DNA of 61,602 nucleotides, filler included, from Bonamia ostreae (GCA_040357525.1; 10 parts of 10 records of this genome joined end to end with filler, not necessarily neighbours in it), one strand, 5' to 3'; positions 12,647 to 24,991 are shown, counted from the whole stretch's first letter. Notes: generated by a model from the sequence alone, not told the origin. Numbers and translations: made by a program.

Positions 12647-13778
12647 ATGCGATTCAAATCAAACGAAAACTCTTCAAAAAACAACGATACAATAGATTAT
12701 GTTTATTTTGTCAAATTTTCTCGTTAAAGAAAAAAAGACATAAATCCATCTTCAGCATCGTTTTGAATGATCTAATATCCTCTGTGTTTGAAACATTCAA
12801 ATTAGATCACATGGAGAAAATGCAGAGCGTTTTTTTGAACATCCGATCCTTTGTCCCAGAACTAGACATCTTGAGTCATCAATCTTTGATGACTAAAATC
12901 GTCAATGAAATTTGGGATTTCCATTGTGACGTTTTTAGAGTTCAGCGCGTTTTGGAAATGGAGTGCGTTTTTAAAGAACTAGTTGGATTTGACCGAAAAA
13001 ATCTTCGTTTTTCTGAACAAAACATGGCGCCGGGGATAAAATTCTACTCAAAAATCAGAGAAGAAGTCGCCAGACTTACTTTCGAGGAAAGAGAAACAGA
13101 AAAATCAATGGAGGATAAAAAATTTGAAAAGATCTTGAATGAAAATGAGAAAAAATTGGATGAAAATGGCGAGAAAAAGTTTGATAAAAAATGCGAAAAG
13201 AGATCGGATGAAAATGGAAAAATAGATGAAAAATGTGAAAAGAGATCGGATGAAAAGGACGAGAAAGGTTTTAGTAACAAAAAATCGTTGTAGAAAAATC
13301 TAAAATTGATCAACTTTGCGAAGCAGCAAAAATGGCAAAAGAATTAATAGACAGCGAGGAAACGCCTAAAAAGTTTGTCTTTCGAAAATTAAAGCAGCTC
13401 AGAGAAGAAGAGAGAACGAATCAGAAAAGGAAGAGTGCGTTTGAAACAAGCGGTAGAACTGTTGAAAAAGTTCCAGATTGATAAATCCGGAGACAAAGTT
13501 TTTAACTTGAAATCTAAAGAGCTATATGGCGTACTATAACAATCCAAAGGTTTGTAAAATTTAAAGTTTAGAATAGAGTCAAACACCAAGAGGACCAAAG
13601 TGGTTTTAAGAAAAATATATAACTCAAAGACGGAAATGTTGCGAAGAGGGGCACGAGCACATTTAAGAAAAAGGTGAAAGAAAAGGTTTTTAAAAAAATT
13701 TAGTCTGGGGATATAAAGAAGCGTTGCGAGAATGAAATGAAGAAATTAGAAAAGTTAAAAGAGACGATAATTAAATAA
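12647..13778 (+). CDS. Hypothetical protein with 7 tiny introns (18-29 nt) and ~30-nt micro-exons
   Basis: A continuous frame is obtained only by removing seven GTTT...AG segments. Confidence 0.6.
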
Positions 13779-14149
13779 TTGTTGTAAATTTTTGGATAAT
13801 TTTTGGTCTTCTTGCAAAAGTTTGCAGCGAATTTTAAATGTTTTTGAATCTTTTAATAAGGAAGATTTTTATCGAAAAGTTTATTTTTGGGTTAATGTTT
13901 ATTAGTTTTAAGTTATTTTATTTTAAAAATTAATTGCGATATTATCACATCCATTTATCTTCATGTGAAACATGCAAAAAAACTGAAAACTGTGTATGAA
14001 GTACGATAAAGAAATGTTTTAAGAACGATTTTAATTTCTAAGTTTTTTCTTTCATTAAAGTCAGTTTCTGTTTCTGGATTCGTAATTTCCTCCACTGTTT
14101 GCTTATTTGAAGTTCTTTTTTATTTTTAATTTGATCTTTAATAGTCATT

Positions 14150-14700
14150 TGAAGTTCTCTTTAACTGTAGTTTTTGCAAACATCTTCATTTTCACATTTT
14201 TACTGAAATGACCGACGTTTTGAGAATTTCCAAATTTTTGGGGACGTCTCTTCAATTCCTATTTTTTCTATTTTGTAGAGTTCATAACCAATTCTTGGTA
14301 GTTTGAAGTTTTCCTCAGCTGTATCTTCTAGTTCACAGAATGCCGTTAATTAATTTTTGTTTATATTTTTTACCAAATTTGTTCTCTTGACAGGTGCATT
14401 TTTTCTTTTCGTGTTATCGTGTATTCGATGTATCACAAACCTTCTTTTATTTGCATTTGAATAAATTATTTTGCTTCGTTCTCAAATATTTTCGTTACAT
14501 CGGTTATACTGCTGAATCGAATATTTTCTAATTTTTGTCGAGCGCTCTTGCATTTTTCGCGTTATCAAAATGTTTCTGTAATTTTTATTTAATTTTCGAT
14601 TCTTTTCGTGCTTTCTAGCCAAATTTTTTTCAGTTGTGCTTTTTCCTTAATTCCACTATTCTTGGGATTGATCCTTGTTCCGTCGTGCCATAAACCAAAT
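14150..14700 (-). pseudogene. Decayed non-LTR retrotransposon ORF1 (gag-like), related to the element at 55672
   Basis: Frameshifted fragments KIWLES, FVIHRI, LTAFCELED..RIGYELYKIEK, SQNVGH..C..CKNY are collinear with KVWMES, SVLHRI, LTLFVRFSD..RIGFSKFRISK, CQKYGH..C..CRNC of the intact ORF1. Confidence 0.7.
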
Positions 14701-14921
14701 TGTTTATTTTATCTTGATTTTACCGAGATATTTTGAATACAATTAACAAGATTTTAATCTTCATGTTTTACCCAGAAACGGAGACAACATTAACGACCAA
14801 ATTTGTATTTTAGAAAACATTNNNNNNNNNNNNNNNNNNNNNNNNNNNNNNNNNNNNNNNNNNNNNNNNNNNNNNNNNNNNNNNNNNNNNNNNNNNNNNN
14901 NNNNNNNNNNNNNNNNNNNNN

Positions 14922-16456
14922 CGATTGACTTCCAGATCGTTCTCCTCCTCAACCGGCTTCGCCCCTTCTTTGGCCGCCACAGCCCCGAGCTCCTCCTGCA
15001 ACTGCGCGAGACTCTTCCCCTTCGTTTCCGGGAGGTAGAACAGCTGGTACAAGAACGTCAGCAGCCCGAACCCCATGAAGATGAAGAAGACGTACCCTAA
15101 AAGATGGCACTCAAACCTGTCGGGTTATTACTGTCCGGAGACAGCGCTTTATTGACGAACAGGAAGGAGACGTTGATGACGAAGTTGAACAGCCACTGGA
15201 TGCTCGTCATTGTCGAGCCGATTCTACCGCGGAGACTCTCGTGGAATATCTCGTTGATCACCACGAAGAACAACGGTCCGACGCCTTCACGTGAAATTAA
15301 AACTGATTTCGAAGCCGAGTATAAACAGCGAGATCCCCAAAATCGACAACACGCTCCTCGCCGCCCCGGCGAAGAAAAACGCGCAGCCCGTTATGGCCAG
15401 TGAGATGAACATTATCCCCTGGCCCACCAACAACAGAGTCCTCCTCCCGTACCGCGACGTGAGGGGAATCGCCGCCATCGACGTCACGCAGTTCCAGAAC
15501 ATTATTCCCGAGAAGGTCTAAAAGTGCCACTCAAAACCGCCGCAATCGCCGTCGTGTTGCTTTGGAAGATGATTTCGCCGACCGCGTTGAAGTAGTAGAT
15601 GATCGCGTTGATCCCGGTCAGCTGCTGCGCCGCAGCCAGCACCAGACCGATCATGATCGCCCGCGAGTTCTGCTTGGCGAACAGTTGTCCCCACGTACTC
15701 TTGACTTTGCGCTTTTCTCGGATCGTGTTCATCTCCGCCATCGCCTCCTCCTCGGTCATGAACTGCATGAACAGCTCCTTCGCCTTCTCGTTGTCCCTGT
15801 CGACGAGGAAGCGCGGCGTGTCGGGCGAGAAGAACGTGTAGACGAACAGCGGGATCGCCAGCAGATAGACTAAAATGACTAAAAAACTGAATCCGAGTTC
15901 GATGTACCAGAAGTTCGGCTTGAACGCGCCGAACCCCCACAAGACGCCGAGGAAGATCGAGAAGGTGATCGAGAACTGGAAGAACGTGCCCAGAAAGCCT
16001 CGCATGTCGTCCGCCACGCACTTTAAATTTAAGTTATCACCTCGGACAAGTAGAGCGGCCCCACGGAGCTGATGGGCCCCAGCGCCAGCCCGAAGACGAA
16101 CCGGCCGATGGCCATAACGATGTAGTTGCCGAAGGCCAGCATGCAGATGGTGTTTCCGGCGATTGCGATCGCCGCTCCGACCAACAACGTGTTCCTGCGA
16201 CCGATTTTGTCGCTGATCGCCCCGGACATCAGACTCCCGAAGAAGGCCCCGAGCAGGACCGACGAGGTCATCACGGTGTCTTCGAGCGTCATGTTGCTTT
16301 TGTTTGGCCCGAGGAAACTAGAAGTGACGTCTTGGAGTCAAAAAGAAAACTCGAGATGACGCCCGTTCCGTAGCCGAATATCGCGCCGCAGATGATTACA
16401 ATGATCAACCCGTTGAGGGTGATCCCTTTTATGCGTTTGAATTTCTTAAGAACCAT
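14922..16456 (-). CDS. MFS sugar porter (hexose transporter); 3' end runs into gap; introns 16331-16350, 16021-16040, 15870-15887, 15518-15537, 15285-15303, 15097-15116
   Basis: FGYGTGVIS, SDKIGRR, GRFVFG, PLYLSE..MRG, PDTPRFL, QQLTGINAIIYY, YGRR, LPETKGKSL. Confidence 0.95.
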
Positions 16457-16587
16457 ATCGGTTATTAAATGTTTTGTTTTAAAAATACAGTAATTCAGTT
16501 TTTATTACAAAAATCGATAATCTGGGTTTACTGGAATAATTAATATTTATTGTTTTCGGATGAAATTGCTTTTTTTTATATTTCTGA

Positions 16588-16838
16588 AACTCTTTTGTTA
16601 AACGAAACTGTTTTTATTTTCTGATTAAACTCTTTTGTTAAACGAAACTGTTTTTATTTTCTGATTAAACTCTTTTGTTAANNNNNNNNNNNNNNNNNNN
16701 NNNNNNNNNNNNNNNNNNNNNNNNNNNNNNNNNNNNNNNNNNNNNNNNNNNNNNNNNNNNNNNNNNNNNNNNNNNNNNNNNAACTCTTTTGTTAAACGAA
16801 ACTGTTTTTATTTTCTGATTAAACTCTTTTGTTAAATT
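16588..16838. repeat. 40-nt tandem repeat spanning a scaffold gap
   Basis: Unit aactcttttgttaaacgaaactgtttttattttctgatta on both sides of the Ns. Confidence 0.85.
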
Positions 16839-17501
16839 AAACAGTTTTTTTTCTGGTATGGACGATATGTTTTAGTATTTTAAAATTTTCTATGATATTT
16901 AAAAATTTTCTGTAATGTGCTGACCTCTGTTGAATCGATATTTTGAGCAACGTTAAGAATATTAGGACATGAAAAGAGGTCAAAATGTAATGAGGGTGTA
17001 AAAACATAGTAAAGATTTCAATAACGAGAGTTAGATTATTAAACGTCCAATCAACTCTTCTTCAACCGATTTACACCACAAAGAATAAAAAATGTTAAGT
17101 ACTTCAGAGCAAAAATTGGATGAAAACATTGACAAAAAGAAAATTGTTTCTAGAATAATAAATTTTTAAAGAATGTTGAATTATTGACGAGACAACAAGG
17201 GATCGAAGAAGAGACTTTTTGACGAGATCAACATAAATTTAGTGTTAATTCTAAAGATTTTAAAAGACTCTGTGGTCACAAATAATAAAAACTTTGCAGA
17301 GAAAAGTAAAATTAATGAAATCGCCGGATTTTGAAGATAATGAAAAGATGACACTATTGAAAACTTTTCGAATGGAAAGATTTAACAGAAAACATTGCAT
17401 CGCAAACGATAAACATTTTGATGAAAATGCTGAAACAAACAGAAAATTGAACATTCGAATAGAAATTAAACGCTTTTCTTTTTTTAATCAAATCAAATTT
17501 C

Positions 17502-17772
17502 TCAGCTCTCGCTCTTCGGGAAGATGCTTTTATAAAAAGATTTCTTTATGTCTTTATCTTGCCACATCTTTTTATATCTTATCTGCAATCTTTTGTTCAA
17601 TCTTTTTCCAGCTTCTTCAATATTTACACCATTGCCCCGAATTACCAAATCATCAGCAAATTGGGAAATTTTATCATTTTCTGTTTCTACAATGTCTTTT
17701 TTATTCTTTGTTCCTAAGCTCCAATTGGGATCATGTGAATTAAAATCACCCATTGCTATAGAATTCGGACAC
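17502..17772 (-). mobile_element. Internally deleted LINE ORF2 relic (AP endonuclease + RT + C-terminal fragments fused)
   Basis: IAMGDFNSHDPNW (APE motif) followed within ~20 aa by SQFADDLVI (RT YADD box), then a WQ..FYKSIFPK segment. Confidence 0.75.
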
Positions 17773-17942
17773 TAGATGGACTAGACTTTTAATAAATTGA
17801 CTTTTTGGCCTTTAAAATTAACTTGAGATCTTGCATCGTTGTAAAATTTAAGTTTTTTGTTTTCATTTTACCTGATTATAGTTTAGCAATACAAAATTTA
17901 TAGTTTAGCCATAAGCTAGCTCAAATCCAAAAAGCTAAAAAT

Positions 17943-18680
17943 ATGAAATTGGCTGAATCAGTTTCAAGTTTTAGAATAAACAGAAGAGGTCATATTGTAA
18001 AGAGGGTTCTTGAACGTTATTTAAGAGGTAATTTGCTCAACTTTAAAAAAGATGATATTCCATGTTGCCATCCTTCATGTACAAAATGTTCTTCTTTTCT
18101 TACGAATTCGACGTTTAGACTTAACCCAGAAAACAACAAGATCTTCATAATCGGCTCTCCGAATGTGCTCGGCGATTATCTTGAAATTTTCAATATTCTG
18201 AAAAATGAAAATTTTGTCTTTCTCTCTTCGATTTTAGAAAATGTTTTTAAAAATATTAAAAAGTTGAGAGAAAACGTCAATGGCTCCATTCGCAAAATGA
18301 GACAAATAAAGTCGATTTTAAAAGAAACTAATCGTTTTATTGCCGTTTTCGACGATAATTTTTCTAACCAAATCGAAATTATTAAAAAGAACAACAATTT
18401 GGTCGACAGTTTTTTAAAATATTTTTATTAAAAGATATAATTGCATCGTCGATTTTATATTCTGAACATTTACCGGATTCAAAAATTTTTGTAATAACCG
18501 AAAACGACACAAACATTGAAGACAACATTGTTGCAACAGAAAAAATAAAAAATGAAAAATTTAAAAAAATTTCTAAAATTTGCGAAAAAGACAAAATTTC
18601 GGGTTTGTCGTTTTTTGAATATTGCCACAAAGGTCCCACAAAACTGCCAATTTTGGGTTGTTTTCAATCCGTGCAGGATT
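17943..18680 (+). CDS. DIS3: Exosome ribonuclease DIS3/RRP44, N-terminal CR3 + PIN region (partial, contig end)
   Basis: FRINRRGHIVKRVLERYLR|DDIPCCHPSCTKC after removing in-frame 24-nt intron 18028-18051. Confidence 0.75.
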
Positions 18681-18780
18681 NNNNNNNNNNNNNNNNNNNN
18701 NNNNNNNNNNNNNNNNNNNNNNNNTTAATTAATTAANNNNNNNNNNNNNNNNNNNNNNNNNNNNNNNNNNNNNNNNNNNN

Positions 18781-19170
18781 TTACCAGAAAAAAATATTAT
18801 TAACACAACAAATCGAACAAAATTACCAGAAAAAATATTATTAACACAACAAATCGAACAAAATTACCAGAAAAAAATATTATTAACACAACAAATCCAA
18901 CAAAATTACCAGAAAAAAATATTATTAACACAACAAATCGAACAAAATTACCAGAAAAAATATTATTAACACAACAAATCGAACAAAATTACCAGAAAAA
19001 AATATTATTAACACAACAAATCCAACAAAATTACCAGAAAAAAATATTATTAACACAACAAATCGAACAAAATTACCAGAAAAAAATATTACTAACACAA
19101 CAAATCAAACAAAATCCCAGAAAAAAAATATTATTAACACAACAAATCGAACAAAATTACCAGAAAAAAA
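18781..19170. repeat. Minisatellite, 41-42-nt unit, ~9 copies
   Basis: ttaccagaaaaaaatattattaacacaacaaatcgaacaaaa repeated head to tail without spacers. Confidence 0.95.
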
Positions 19171-19232
19171 TGAAAAATCATCAAATTGCTGTTTACAGCG
19201 CCACAAAAATTACAAAATATTTAATCAGCCGA

Positions 19233-20040
19233 TTAAAAGTCCCAAAAAGCATTCAGCATGAACATCATGTTTTGGTTCTGATCAACCCACCTACAAAAAT
19301 TCGCTATTTCTCGCGGAGAAAAGTTAGCCGACACTTCATCGATGTGATCGTGCTGCGCCTTCAACATCGCAATCAACTCTTTTTCGTACAGAGAAAGTTC
19401 TTTTAAACACTGTCTCAACAAAGCACACAAACTTTTGGCGGTGCCTCGATACGAAAGCAACTTTTCATATTGTTTATTAGACAATTTTAATTTTTCGACC
19501 ATGACGCGGTGGAAAACGCCATTTTTGTTTGTATAAAATTTGCTCTTCTGCATTCCTAATCCCCAAAGAATAAACTTTGTTTCGACGTCGGGAACCAAAC
19601 TGTCTCCGACTTTTGAAAGGAAGTACTGAGACAAATGTTGGCGACTGCGAGAATTCCGTTTGAATATTTTTATGTAATCTCTATTTGTTGTAACGGTAAC
19701 AACGGACAATTTAAAGGAAAAAACTCAAGTGCTTCGTCGACGTCTAATTTCTTTTCCAATTGTTCGAACATCATTTTTTTAACTTTGCTCTGTTTGTCGC
19801 TAAATAATTGAAATCAAAATAATGAGAGAACCAATGCGATTTGTTGACCATCGCGTTGTTGTTAACGTCTGTTTCCAACATGGAAAGTTTTAATTTCAGC
19901 TGGTCTCTTTTGCGTTCTAATGACTCGATGTACTTTTTCTTTTTGAGCCGAGATTCCTTCGCGCGTTGTGCCTTCTTTCGCCTTTGATCTAACGTTTTTT
20001 GCATGAATTTTGATTTTTCTTGCTCAGTTAAATTTCTCAT
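19233..20040 (-). CDS. bZIP transcription factor (2 introns)
   Basis: RRKKAQRAKESRLKKKKYIESLERKRDQLKLKLSMLE basic region plus leucine heptads. Confidence 0.8.
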
Positions 20041-20349
20041 TTCGGTGTTTATTAAGCTCGATCATATATATGCAAATTTCGTTTTGTTGATATTTATTGG
20101 AAAAAGAAATGTTTGGAAAAAGAAATGGTATATTTTTAATGTTTGGAAGAAGGAAAATGATAAATTGTAAAAATTTTGATAATTTGCATTTTTAGCAATT
20201 TTTGCAAATAAGAATACAAAATTTTAAGCGATTTTTTGCTTAATATTTAAGATTGTAAAGCCCATAATTTTAATAAACTATAATTTTAATATTTGAAACG
20301 AATTATTTTATTTTTCAGAATAAAAAACGAAACTATTTAAATTCAAAAA

Positions 20350-21577
20350 ATGAAGTTAAGGAAACTTTTAATGAAGTTAACAATTCTAATGAAGTTGAGA
20401 AGTTGAAATTTTTGATTTAAGAAAATTATTTCTGTAGTCTTTAAATTTAAAGATAGTAATTTAAAACAAAGACAATTCTGTCTTTATCAAACTTATCACA
20501 AAAATAACAATTTTTAATCGCAAAAATAGCAATTTCTTAAAAAATATAAATTCTTTTTAATCGCAAAAATAGCAATTTCTTAAAAAATTATAAATTCTTT
20601 TTTAATCGCAAAAATACAAATTTCTTAAAAAATTATAAATTCTTTTTTAATCGCAAAAATAGCAATTTCTTAAAAAATTATAAATTCTTTTTTATCGCAA
20701 AAATAGCAATTTCTTAAAAAATTATAAATTCTTTTTAATCGCAAAATAGCAATTTCTTAAAAAAATTATTCTTTTTTAATCGCAAAAATAGCAATTTCTT
20801 AAAAAAATATAAATTCTTTTTAATAATTGAAAAATCAATAGAAAAAATAACAATTGAAAAAACTCACCAAAAATAACTAAAAAGCAATTTTGACATGTCC
20901 ACAACAATCAGATTCATCTACCCGAAACACAATTATTGTTTCATCCTGTGACACCAAAGCGGCATTTTGCTATGAAGACTGTTTGCCCGGTTACGAAAGA
21001 TCTTCCGGGCGATATACAAGATCTTGCGATATTTTGACGTCAAATTGGTTTGGAACTCCTTTGACTTGCAAGAAAAAAACGTGTGATAACTTTATGGCCG
21101 AAAAAGAGTTTAACGCGATGATTATCAAAAACGCAAATTGCATCGAGAGAGAATTTTGTGAAGTCGAGTGCAAAAAAGGGTATAGAAGTATTGGCAACAA
21201 TAACTTAATCGCCTGTGTTTTGTATAAAGATGGCAGTGAGTTCAAATACAAATGGGATTTTTTCGACAATAATTTGACAAATCTTCGTTGTGGTTTTTAC
21301 TCTTTCGTCAATTTTTAGATAAAAAATTATCTTGAAAAAAACGTTAAAATTGACGCTTTTTAAAACAATTTAACGTCTGACAATTTTTGATAAAATTTTT
21401 AGAACGATAAAAACTTTAAACAAAAAGTGATAACAGACAGATACAAAGGAGAAATAGCGGCTGTTCTTCTTGGATATTTGCTGATAATAATTATTCTTGG
21501 ATTATTTATTGCGGGTTGCTGTATCAAGAAGAGATATCGCGATAAAGATTTATCTTCACGGATTCACAGTGAATGAT
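20350..21577 (+). CDS. Single-pass membrane protein with two sushi/CCP-like Cys-rich modules; 5' exons tentative
   Basis: C..CYEDCLPGY..RSC..W..PLTC and CEVECKKGY..C..W..LRC; C-terminal TM IAAVLLGYLLIIIILGLFIAG after intron 21293-21427. Confidence 0.7.
20510..20823. repeat. Minisatellite, ~42-44-nt unit, ~7 copies, inside a probable intron
   Basis: tttttaatcgcaaaaatagcaatttcttaaaaaattataaattc tandem copies. Confidence 0.9.
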
Positions 21578-21637
21578 TTACAGTAAATGAAAAATAAAAT
21601 TTGATAATATGAAAATAATTAAAATGACAAAAATTTA

Positions 21638-22185
21638 TTAATCTGATGAAAGATCCCAGTACCACGGTGGCGTGGAAGGAATTTTGTTATTAACGCGATG
21701 TCTTGACAATTCGTCTACAGATTTTACAATATTTGCCCCCGTTATTTTCGAATCGTAAAACTTTAAATTTTTACAAAAACATTTTTACATTGTTTGCAAC
21801 AATGTCCTTTTAATTCTTTTCTTTTGTGGCCTCTTATTGTTTCTGGAACCGATAGAATATTTGTTTTGTCTTTTAGAACTACTTTTTTCATATTTTGTTC
21901 GTTTTTATTAATTTTTTGTGATTTTTGTTCGTTTTTACTAATTTTTTGGAATTTTTGTTCGTTTTTATTAACTTTTTGCGTTGTTTGATTATTTTTGAAT
22001 AAAATATCAGTTTTGATTTGTTTTTGGATTTTCTTATTAAGAACAGACAATTTTTCTTTTAACAATTTATTTTCTTTAATATATGAAGATAAGCTTTGTT
22101 CCAAAGTCCGATTTTCATTTTGCAATTTTTCCAAAAAATTCTTACAATTTTTGCAAGACAAATTTTTATTGTTAATAACAGCCAT
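21638..22185 (-). CDS. SAE2/CtIP/COM1 DNA end-resection factor (intron 21761-21780)
   Basis: N-terminal coiled coil; R..RKELKGHCCKQCKN|FY...SRHR...PSTPPWYWD is the conserved CxxC/RHR C-terminus. Confidence 0.88.
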
Positions 22186-22619
22186 TTTGTCTAAAGTCTA
22201 AATATTTGTTAGACAATAAATATAAAAAAGTTTAGACAAAAAAATTTCAAAAAAAATTGTAGCGAAAAATTGAATGTCTGACAACACATTTTGTTATTTT
22301 CATTATTTAGAAAATTATAATGGCGAAGAAAATTGGTCTTTTGAATTAGAAAACGAGGATTTCAAATTTACTAAGTCGCAAGAAAGTGAGGAAAACGAGT
22401 TTATCGAAAATCAGAAATGGATTGATTTGGATGTCAAATTAACCAAATAAATCAAATTTTATTTTTTATCCTTATTTTTGTTAAAAGTTTAAAAATCGCA
22501 ATTTTCGTTTTATCGTTATTTCGTCAAATATTCGTTTTATCGTTTAGTAAATTTTAAAAATAATTTTTAATTGAGATTTTTATTTAAATACAATCACAAA
22601 ATCGGTAAAGATTTTAAAA

Positions 22620-24816
22620 ATAATTTTATTAAATTTTGCAAATTTAGCTTTTTCCCAATTTGTCAACTATTAAATTTCGCATGTTTCCAATTTTTCGCTT
22701 TTTGGCTCTTCTGATATTTGCCAAACTCATTTCTACCTCTCCAAACTTTTTTAGTCGTTTTCATTAATTTTTGAATTAAAATTTTCCATTGCCGAAAATT
22801 TTTAGATTGACAAAAACTAAATTTTAACATCGAGGAAAAAATCTATATCGTTTTGTAACAACGAAAATGCTTGATTTGCTTCAATGGCTTTTTGAAAACC
22901 GACTGAACAGATATTGTTCGCCGAATGGAAATCGATTTTTTCTATTTTTCCGTAAAGGCCAAATCGATTTGCAATTTTGTCTTTTTGCGTCTTTTCGGCC
23001 AAATTTTTAACGATTATCGAATTTTTGTTTTTCGATGTTTCAGTAACTGCAAACTTTAAAAATTTGGTTTTATAAAAATTGACTTCTTAAATTTTTATTT
23101 TCAAATAAAACGTGCGCTTTGAAATAATCGTTTTTATCAATTTGTCTAAATTTATTCAAAACTATTTCGGCTTTGGCTAAATCGTCAAAATTAGTCCATC
23201 CTAAAATACTTGCAAACGAGATTTTTTTGCTTTCACCGACACTGAAATCTAGAATGTATTGCAATTTCTTTCTGTCGGCCAATTTTGCTTTAAAATTTAG
23301 TAAAATTTCTTTTTGTTTTATTATATTTTTCCATCTTTTCGGTTTTTTCTTTAAAATTTTGATTTGTTAATTTTACGAAAACGACAATTTTAAAAATTTA
23401 ACAAAAAACTATAATTTTTATATTATCTATAAAATTTAGCAAAGCCAATTTTTCTTTTACCGAATTTTTAAATTCGTCTTTTTTCAATTCAAATATTAAT
23501 CTTTTTGATCTCTTCGATTCTAAAGCAAATCTATTTTTAAAAATTTCTAAAACTGCAAAAAATCAAAAGAATCGCAAATTTGTTTTTTGCAACCGTTTTT
23601 GCTATTTTCTTTTATCTTTACGACGACCAAATTTTCGCTATTTTTATTTTCGCTCAATGATTTGCTTTCATCCAATTTTTTGTCCAAATCGCCATTGTTA
23701 AGTTTTTCTTCCGTTTTCGGCAATTCGACTTTAAAAACTTGTTTTTTCAATTTGAATCTTTTCATTTTTAACGCCATTTCTTGCGATTTCTTTTACAAAA
23801 TTTTTGCAGTTATTGAATTTTTGTGTAATTTGCCATTTTCTCTAAATTTTACAAATCGCATTTTTAAAACGACATTATTGAAATTGTTTAAAAACGACAT
23901 TATTGAAGAAGACATATCCACAAATTGAGTTGGAAACCGAATCCAGATTGTTATAAAGCAGTTTCCCATTTTCGATTTGACCACAAATTTCTAAAACTGA
24001 CTTTATTTCCAAATAACTGCTGTCCGCTCTTATTTTGAAAAGTTTTAAAGGATATAAAATTTTGCAGTTTAGCAGTTTGAGAGCGTCAATTTTATCCGTT
24101 TTCTCCATTTTTAAAGCGTTTTCGCCCATTTTTAGTTTTTGAGATAAAATTTTTTCCATTTCTAATTTTAAAAATAAAATTATCGCAATTTGAGATTTAG
24201 TCGAAAATGACCTTCAAAATTTTCGAAAAAGACGAAAGCGATGTTCTTTTGGTGAAATGGGTTAAAAGAATCGACTAAAAGACAAATTGCTCTTATCGTG
24301 GCAAATTTTTCAAAAAATTGAATAAGATCGAAAATGGTTTCATCTTCAGATTCGATTTTTAATCCGTTTGATAACTTGTTTTCTTTTTTCAGATCACTCT
24401 TCGAGCGCGAAAAAACATCGACTACTTTTCCGTTTATTGATATTTCTTCTTTTACACATCTTTTTTAAATAAAAACATAAATTTTTCTCTTTTAAATTTT
24501 GTAAATTTGAACATTTTAAAAATCCGAAAGTTTAAAGCTTCAAAAAAATTTAAAAAGAAATGATCAAAAAAGACTTATTTTTAGAATTTTCTTTTAAAAA
24601 GTTGACAAATCCGAAGGAAAGATGTTGATCACGTTTTTTTGGAATTTTTACTGAAACGATTTTGCCGAATTTTTGGAATGCTTTGACCAAATCTTCTTCT
24701 AAAACGTTTTTCGGGAGATTTTTAACAAAAATTGAAGCTTTCTCGTCGATTTTATTTTCGTGCGGATTTGATTCGTTTTTTGGATTTAATACGGCCTCGC
24801 ATTCTTTCGATTTCAT
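22620..24816 (-). CDS. Multi-RRM RNA-binding protein, multi-exon (3' end approximate)
   Basis: IFVKNLPKNVLEEDLVKAFQKFGKIVSVKIP..FGFVNF, plus further degenerate RRMs such as FGLYGKIEKIDF. Confidence 0.65.
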
Positions 24817-24991
24817 ATTGATAATCTGTTTTTGTTAGATATTTTCAAATTTAATTTTTTCGTTTTTGGGCTATTTAAAAATAATGTTTTTNNNNNNNNN
24901 NNNNNNNNNNNNNNNNNNNNNNNNNNNNNNNNNNNTTAATTAATTAANNNNNNNNNNNNNNNNNNNNNNNNNNNNNNNNNNNNNNNNNNNN

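Noticed and set aside
14922-16456. Contamination or recent horizontal transfer of the GC-rich transporter
   Set aside because: It carries six introns of exactly the native tiny GT..AG type
18781-19170. Regular repeats as CRISPR arrays (also 20510, 24992, 31157, 37304)
   Set aside because: Head-to-tail units with no unique spacers, no cas genes, eukaryotic context
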